Source: Vulcanimicrobiota bacterium (GTDB lineage Bacteria > Vulcanimicrobiota > Vulcanimicrobiia > Vulcanimicrobiales > Vulcanimicrobiaceae). Taken from it: a DNA stretch of 64,000 nt. Position 1 is the first letter of the stretch. Every line of letters starts with the position of its first letter. Positions 57,555-64,000 of the stretch are shown here, piece by piece. The stretch is from the NCBI GenBank assembly GCA_963723515.1, contig CAVRQT010000003.1, forward strand, positions 736,001 through 800,000, written 5' to 3'. The notes beneath the pieces were generated by a model, which saw nothing but the letters and a program-made list of their open reading frames with translations, was not told where the DNA came from and ran no database searches. The position numbers and the translations under genes are program-made.

Positions 57555-57739
57555 TCGCGATTTACAAGACTGCCTTGGCGATTATTCCGATCGCGATGCT
57601 GACCGTCGCCGTACCTTTGGTCAATCGTGTCGAGCCGCGGATCTTCGGTCTGCCTTTTCTTCTCGCATGGATCGCGTTCTGGGTTCTGCTGAGCCCTTTG
57701 TCCATCTACACGATCTACCGGCTCGATAATCGTCGTTGA
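57551..57739 (+). CDS. DUF3311 small membrane protein
   Basis: NRVEPRIFGLPFLLAW; coupled to the SSS gene. Confidence 0.85.
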   Translation: MIAIYKTALAIIPIAMLTVAVPLVNRVEPRIFGLPFLLAWIAFWVLLSPLSIYTIYRLDNRR

Positions 57740-59196
57740 GCGCTCCCATGATGGCGCTCTCGATCGTCGCCGCGATCGTTTGCGCGACGATTGCGTTTGC
57801 GCTCATCGCAATCCACCGTCTCCCGCGCGATCCAACCCAGTACATCGTGGGCGGCCGTTCGTTTGGAGCGTTGTTCCTGTGGATCTTGCTGGCGGGTGAA
57901 ATCTATACCAGTTTTACATTTCTCGGTGCGGCGGGCTGGGCGTACGGCAAAGGCGCCCCCGCATTCTACATCCTTGCGTATGGGACGACGGCATACATCA
58001 TCTCGTACTTTCTGCTGCCGCCGATTTGGCGCTTGGGCAAAGAGCGTGGGCTGCTCACTTCCGCGGACTTCTTCGTCGATCGCTACGGGAGCCGATGGCT
58101 CGGCGGAGCAGTCGCGCTCGTGCAGTTCGTATTGATCGTGCCATACGTCACGTTGCAATTGACCGGAATGCAGATCTTGCTGACCTTGGCAGGGTACGGA
58201 AAATACAACGCATCTATCGCGGTCGCCGTTGCCTTCCTCGTCGTTGCGCTGTTCGTCTTTACCGCCGGACTGCGCGGCACGGCATGGGCAAGCGTAATCA
58301 AAGATGCACTTGTGCTGGGCGCGGTGATCTTCGCCGGCGTCGTCTTGCCGATTCATTTCTTCGGTTCACCCGCCAAAATGTTCGACCGATTGCTCGTCGC
58401 ACACCCCACATGGCTGACGTTGCAATCCGCCGGTCCGTATCCGCCGCTCTGGTATATCACAACCGTTATCCTCAGCGGCGTCGGTTTTTATATGGGCCCA
58501 CAGAGCTTCGGCGCGGTTTACTCGGCCAAAGATGGCGACACGCTGCGGCGTAACGCCATTTTTCTGCCGCTTTATCAGCTGGTGCTCATGTTGATGTTCT
58601 TCGCCGGTTTTTCCGCGCTCTTAATCGTGCCCGGATTGCACGGACCGGCCGCCGACCAATCGTTTATGCTCGTGGTCCAGCGTTTCTACGCGCCATGGGT
58701 GCTGGGTCTTGTCGCGGGTGCGGGCGCGTTGGCGGCGCTGGTGCCGGTTTCCGGCCAGTTGCTCGGCGCGGCGAGCGTCCTTGCGAAAAATGTGCTCGGC
58801 GATCTCTGTCACGTCGGGGAATCCGATGTCGGGCGAACGACGGTCACACGGGTGCTCGTGATCGTCATCGCGGTTTTAGCGCTAGTCCTTTGGCTTTACG
58901 CGAAAACGACGCTCGTCGACTTGCTGCTGATTTACTACAACGGCATAACGCAGATGTTGCCGGGCGTCGTCTTTGCCCTGATTTGGCCGCGCGTACGCGC
59001 GGTGCCGGTGGCGGCCGGAATAGCGGCCGGACTCATTACGACAATCCTCTTGCGCGACTCGATCAGCGTGCACGGTCTAAACGTCGGCTTCTTGGCCCTT
59101 CTCGTCAATCTGCTCGTCTGCGTCGGGCTGACGCTCTTGGGCAACAAAAAACCCGCTGATCGCTCAGCGGGTTCTTCGTTGTCGACTCTACTTTAG
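57736..59196 (+). CDS. Sodium:solute symporter (YhjB-like)
   Basis: VGGRSFG, AGEIYTSFTFLGAAGWAY. Confidence 0.92.
   Translation: MSAPMMALSIVAAIVCATIAFALIAIHRLPRDPTQYIVGGRSFGALFLWILLAGEIYTSFTFLGAAGWAYGKGAPAFYILAYGTTAYIISYFLLPPIWRLGKERGLLTSADFFVDRYGSRWLGGAVALVQFVLIVPYVTLQLTGMQILLTLAGYGKYNASIAVAVAFLVVALFVFTAGLRGTAWASVIKDALVLGAVIFAGVVLPIHFFGSPAKMFDRLLVAHPTWLTLQSAGPYPPLWYITTVILSGVGFYMGPQSFGAVYSAKDGDTLRRNAIFLPLYQLVLMLMFFAGFSALLIVPGLHGPAADQSFMLVVQRFYAPWVLGLVAGAGALAALVPVSGQLLGAASVLAKNVLGDLCHVGESDVGRTTVTRVLVIVIAVLALVLWLYAKTTLVDLLLIYYNGITQMLPGVVFALIWPRVRAVPVAAGIAAGLITTILLRDSISVHGLNVGFLALLVNLLVCVGLTLLGNKKPADRSAGSSLSTLL
59146..59173 (-). terminator. Intrinsic terminator of the zinc-ribbon gene (inside the SSS 3' end)
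   Basis: Minus strand AACCCGCTGA-GCGA-TCAGCGGGTT-TTTT. Confidence 0.8.
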
Positions 59197-59501
59197 CGGT
59201 ACGACGGCCGCGATGCAAAGCAATCGCGACAGTAGACCGGCTTATCGCCGCGCGGCTGAAACGGAACTTCCGCAACGCCGCCACACTGGCTACACGTTGC
59301 GGTGAACATCTCACGCGCGCGGCCGCCACCCGATCCCATGCCGCCACCTTGGCTGCGCATTGCTTTGCGCGCCTGACGGCAATCGGGACAGCGGTTTGGT
59401 TTGTTTTGAAAACCTTTCGATGCGTAGAATTCTTGCTCACCGGCGGTGAAAGCGAACTCACGACCGCAATCAACGCAGGTCAATTTTTCGTCAACGTACA
59501 C
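59193..59501 (-). CDS. Zinc-ribbon (zf-trcl + CxxC-x17-CxxC) small protein
   Basis: CVDC...FTAGEQEFY...PNRCPDCR and CSQC...VPFQP...VYCRDC; SD AAGGAG. Confidence 0.93.
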   Translation of the reverse strand: MYVDEKLTCVDCGREFAFTAGEQEFYASKGFQNKPNRCPDCRQARKAMRSQGGGMGSGGGRAREMFTATCSQCGGVAEVPFQPRGDKPVYCRDCFASRPSYR

Positions 59502-59701
59502 GAACGAGTTTCTCCTTATTTTGACTTACTAACGCTTGGATTCGACTCGTCTAGTACTTGAAAAAGTGACCGTGCCGAGCTTCGAAACCTGCGGTCATCC
59601 TACCATGCAAGTGCCGCAAAAGCAAACAAGCGCGCCTCTATGTACGTGCTTCGTGCTGCGGCCCGAGGCCGCTGCGGACTGCGAGCGCGAATAGACATTG
59701 T

Positions 59702-60876
59702 ATGACCGCTATTCTGATTCCCGAAGATTTGCGCCATGAAGTGATCGCGACGCGACGCGCTATCCACAGCCACCCCGAACTGGGGTTCGAAGAGGTTGAA
59801 ACGTCGCGTCTCGTCGCAGGCCGTCTTCGAAAGCTCGGCTACGACGTCCATACCGGCATTGCGCGAGACCGGGGTCGTGGGCGTCATGCGCGGTACTGCG
59901 CCTGGGCGCACGATCATGCTGCGCGCCGACATGGATGCCCTACCGATACAAGAGGAAAACACCCTCGACTTCCGTTCGAATATTGCGGGCAAGATGCACG
60001 CGTGCGGCCATGACGGACATGTCGCAATTCTTTTGGGCGCGGCGGCGCTCATTGCAGAGCGCAAGGACAACTCGCGGGAACGATCTGCCTTCTCTTTCAG
60101 CCCGCTGAGGAAGGGCGCGGCGGCGCTCGAGCGCATGGTTGCGGAAGGCGTGATCGAGCGCTTCGGCATCGAGCGCGCGTATGGACTCCATCTTTGGTCG
60201 AATCAACCGGTTGGAACCCTTGGGTTTCGCGAAGGGCCGTTTTGCGCATCCGGCGATACGATCGAGATCACCGATTCGCGCCCCCGGTGGCCACGGCGCA
60301 ATGCCCCATCAAACTCCGGACCCCATCGTGACTGCGGCCAATTTTGTTACTGCGGTCCAACAAGTCGTCTCACGATCCATAGACCCCATGCAGCCGGCGG
60401 TTGTGACGGTCGGCTCGATCCATGGCGGAAGCGCGCCGAATGTTATTCCCTCCACCTTGCAGATGTTAGGCACGGTCCGCGCCTTTTCAAACGAAGTTCG
60501 CGAAGCCATGCCGGAGCGAATCGAGCGAATCTTACGCGGCTGCTGCCAGATCTCCGGAGCGGAGGCGGATTTCGAATACCAATGGCGCTTTCCGGTGACC
60601 GAAAACGATCGTGAGCAGACGCGTTACGCCCGCCGGCTCGCGACGACGCTTGGCGAAGAGCGCGTTCTGGATGTCGATCCGCTGACCGGCTCGGAGGATT
60701 TCTCGTTCTTCGCGCAGCGCGTGCCGGCGTGTTTCTTCGCCCTTGGCTCGCAGGGAAGTGCGTCAACCGGGAATCCACACCACAGCAACACCTTCGATCT
60801 CGATGAACGCGCGCTGGAGGCCGGCGTGCAAATGATGACGGCGCTCGCCTTTGACGCACCGCGCAACGCACCGTGA
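59702..60876 (+). CDS. M20D amidohydrolase (about three frameshifts)
   Basis: HPELGFEE, RADMDALP, MHACGHDGH, GGHGAMP, GSEDF across frames. Confidence 0.9.
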
Positions 60877-61399
60877 ACGTTCGTGAGACCTCAGCGCTAC
60901 TCGACGATCCCGGGACGCGCGCGAGCCTGAGACATTGGACGGATACTTGGAGGTGATGACACGCGCGGTCTTTCAGGCCGGCGTCAGCTGGGCGATGATC
61001 GCACAGCGCTGGGATGCTTTTCGCCGCGCGTTTTGCGATTTCGACGTCCAGCGCGTCGCAGCGTTCGATGACGTCGACATCGACCGTGCCCTTGCGGAGC
61101 GCATCCTGCGCAGCCCCAAGAAAGTGCGCGCAACGATCGCAAACGCGCAAACGATCTTATCCCTCGAAAAAGACTACGCCGGCTTCAAGAACTATCTGCG
61201 CTCATTTCGATCGTACGACGGTTTGTGCGCCGACATTCGCAAGCGCTTCAAGTTTATGGGCGCAATGAACGTTTGGTACTTTCTCTTTCGCGTCGGGGAG
61301 CCGGTGCCCAACTTTGAGGAATGGGTGAAGACGATTCCCGGCGACCATCCGCGCATGCAAGAGATGGTCGAGCGCGCGCGCCGCGAGGGCACGCTCTAA
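60873..61399 (+). CDS. DNA-3-methyladenine glycosylase I-like protein (intact frame from 60935)
   Basis: VFQAGVSW, FRRAF, KVRATIANA, KRFKFMG. Confidence 0.82.
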
Positions 61400-61402
61400 G
61401 TC

Positions 61403-62943
61403 TTACGGCAAAGAGCGCACCGCGCTGCGCAACATCGGCGATCCGCTATTCCAGCGCACCGATCGAAGTTGGAGTCCGTCGAATCCCTGCAACACCGCGA
61501 CCGGTCGCGAATACCCGCTAATCGTTCCGTTTTGCACTTGCACCGTGCCGTTCAGTCCGGCGCCGGCGCTATGCGGTAAGAAATACACGCCGATTAGGTT
61601 CGGCCAACTGCCCAGTGCGGTCGGCGACGCCTCAACGCGAAAGTTATCCAGGACGAGACGATCGCGTCCCGTTGAAGGGGATGTGACGGCAAAATCGATT
61701 GCGGCTCCGGGACTATAGCAGTTGACCAAGGTGATGTTCTTTAGCACCGTGTCAACCGACGCCCCACTCTCAGCCCCCACGCCGACGAGAATCCCATTCG
61801 AGTTGACGCCATAAACGTTTTCGACCGTGACATTGCGCACGAAGCCATTGGGAACGTTCGCCACGAGGGCCAATGGTGTGCCGGAGCCGTTTTTCGATGC
61901 TTTACTAAGCGGGGCGCCATAATTCCCAAAGCGCGATCCCTGATAGCGAATGTTCGTGATCCGAACGTCACTGATAATGGTGTTCGTTGCCGGATTGATT
62001 TTCACGGAGTTCGCTCCACCGACCGACACTGAATCCGAAACGGTCGTTGAAACGCCGTTGATCGAGACGTTTTCGATTCTCCCGAACTGCCCGGCTGCCG
62101 GGTGGGAAACGCCATCGATCACGACGCGGTCGTCGTCGATGTTGTTTTCATTTATGAACGACTTCACATCGTCGATCCGTATGTCATGCGCCCTCGACGT
62201 GACGCCGTTGCGGGTCACAGCCTCGAGCGCCATTTGAATGATTCCGCTGCCATTATACGAGACAATATGTTGAAAGGTAGAGATCGTAGCTTGGATTGGC
62301 GGGATCGACGCCAAGATCGTAGTCGTTGAATCCTAGGAAGCCCTTTGGCCCGATGTTGATGCCGTTGTACGGGCGACGAATTTGCCCCCAGATCGAAGCG
62401 CACGTTTTCGAGCGTGAAGTGCTGCAGCGGCCGCATGTATCCGATGATGCAGTTGTACGTGCCGATGCTGCTCAGCGTAAACGATTGCGTGCCGGCGCGT
62501 GGATCGCAGCCCAAATCGCGGATCGTCACGTTGCGCAGCGGACCGGTTGCGGTCGGGCCGTCCAGCCAAAGCATCCCGATGTATTGACCGTCGTTGCCGC
62601 GCCTCACGCGGCTGGGATCAAAGCCGAAGTTGCGCGAGGCGACGAGCGTCGTGGTGTTCATGCCCGCGCCTTCAAAGGTCACATCTGAATCCAATGCGAT
62701 GCCGGTTGATATGACGCATTTACCGCGCGGAAGCCGCACGATGCCTTTGGAACGTGCGGCAGCGTCCTCGGCCGATTGAATCGCTTTGGTATCGTCCGTT
62801 GCACCGTCGCATTTTGCGTGGAAGTTTCGCACATCAAACACCGGACGTGTCGCTGCAGTAGCCGTGGTGCTCAACGCAAAGCCGAACATGATCATCGTCA
62901 GCAGGGCTGTCGTCGTCAGCCGTGATTTGGTCAAAGACTCCAT
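61403..62943 (-). CDS. Secreted parallel beta-helix protein (pectate lyase 3 / GH28-related; frameshift near 62340)
   Basis: Signal peptide; FDVRNFHAKCDGATDDTKAIQSA, LPRG; N/V/I-rich beta-helix repeats. Confidence 0.82.
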
Positions 62944-62978
62944 GGACGTAATTATTCGTTATCCAGGCGCCGGCTCGT

Positions 62979-64000
62979 CTAAATGCCGGCCGGCGGCTGA
63001 GGGTCCGGGTTGCGAGTCCCGGCGGCTGTTGTGGCGGCGTGCCCGTTCTGTTGGCGCCGGCATTTTGTCCACCGGGTTGACCGTTGCGCACGATGTACAA
63101 GCCGAGCTTTGGCGCATAGTTGAGCGCAGGCAACCGTCCGCCATCGAAACCGGCAGCCTTTAACTGATCTGTCGTGGCAGCGGCCACTCGTCCGCAATTG
63201 AGCAACGACGGTAACGCGCTCAAGTCATCATTATCGAGTTGATACCACGTTCCACCGTTTGCGGTGTGCGGCGTGATCTTCCAGCTTTGCGGTGCCTTGC
63301 CGGACTTGAAATACGCTTGCAGCTCTGCGAGCAGCCGTTGTGCCGTCGGTTTGATCTCCGTTGTGCATGCGTCGTTGGCGCTCAGCTGGAACGGCGTCGT
63401 CGGAGCGCTCTTCGGCAATTGATAGAGCCGGAAGCTCTGTTGTCCCGGCTGCTGCACCGGACGCGCGATGTAGAAGCCGACTGCGGGCATGAACTCGAGC
63501 GAGGGGCGGAAGAACAGCGAGCTCTTCGGCTGGTAGAGTCCGCGGCTTTGCACGTCTTCGGGTTGCGCGATGTGCACGGCGATGCATGCCGGCAATGCTT
63601 GCAGATTCGATTCGCGCCGCTGCACTTCAAAGCTAAGGCATACGACGAGCCGACTTTATGGTAGCTCACGTTGACGCCCGGAATTTGCGGCGCGCCGGGA
63701 ACCGCATCCGGATAGCCGCTGCGCGTCTTCGCCGCTTCAATTTTGGCGACGTACGGCTTTGATCTGATCCAAGAACGGCTGCACCGTTTTCTGGCCGTCG
63801 GCCGTGCAAGCGGAGTTCGACGTCGCCATCGCAAGCGGATCGCTGGGCGGGCTGGCCGGCAACGGCGTGAACATAGGGCGTTGGAACCACACCGGTCCGC
63901 CCGGACCCCCGCCGATGAGCCCCGCCCGGGCCACCGCGATCGCCTCCGCTCGCCGGCGCCTGCTGCAACAAGACTTGAACCGTTGTTCGCAGCCGCAGCA
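62979..64000 (-). CDS. Hypothetical Pro-rich protein, 5'-truncated by the window edge, several frameshifts
   Basis: Protein-like segments chain across tracked ORFs 63737-63934, 63382-63834 and 62834-63625; likely end RNPDPQPPAGI-stop. Confidence 0.5.

Noticed and set aside
59561..59602. TGACCG/CGGTCA hairpin plus T-run upstream of the zinc-ribbon gene as a riboswitch or attenuator
   Set aside because: The 5' arm overlaps the putative -10 (TAGGAT) and would be largely untranscribed; no aptamer recognised

Overview
GC-rich bacterial chromosomal window. The lineage is inferred, not proven, to be Candidatus Eremiobacterota/Vulcanimicrobiota-like, from the 16S 5' region and the type of stalk-domain protein. 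Left to right it holds: (1) the 5' part of an rRNA operon on the minus strand (16S, tRNA-free ITS, 5' two-thirds of 23S carrying an extra ~70-nt hairpin at the H54/H55 junction); (2) a CGNR zinc-finger gene divergent from two paralogous microproteins (45 and 42 aa, below the ORF-track cutoff), each with its own sigma70-type promoter; (3) P5C dehydrogenase; (4) the str-S10-spc-alpha ribosomal cluster (rpsL to rplQ, minus strand), which is split twice (rpsJ|rplC, rpsM|rpsK) by cargo genes, lacks rpmD, uses many TTG/GTG starts and has long low-complexity tails on several proteins; (5) an accessory/metabolic region with a cyclase-STAND-TPR protein, an internally deleted acyltransferase remnant, transporters, a dispersed 2-aminobenzoyl-CoA/salicylyl-CoA catabolic set, gad-gabT, and two copies of a divergent module pairing a lipoprotein with a membrane protein that has PmoC/AmoC-like D-x3-H-x12-H motifs. 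About twenty single-base frameshifts, including in infA, rpsS and fusA, point to indel errors in the assembly rather than pseudogenes. The best candidates for undescribed systems are the CGNR + tandem microprotein locus and the duplicated His-motif membrane protein/lipoprotein module. All calls are by eye; no searches were run.
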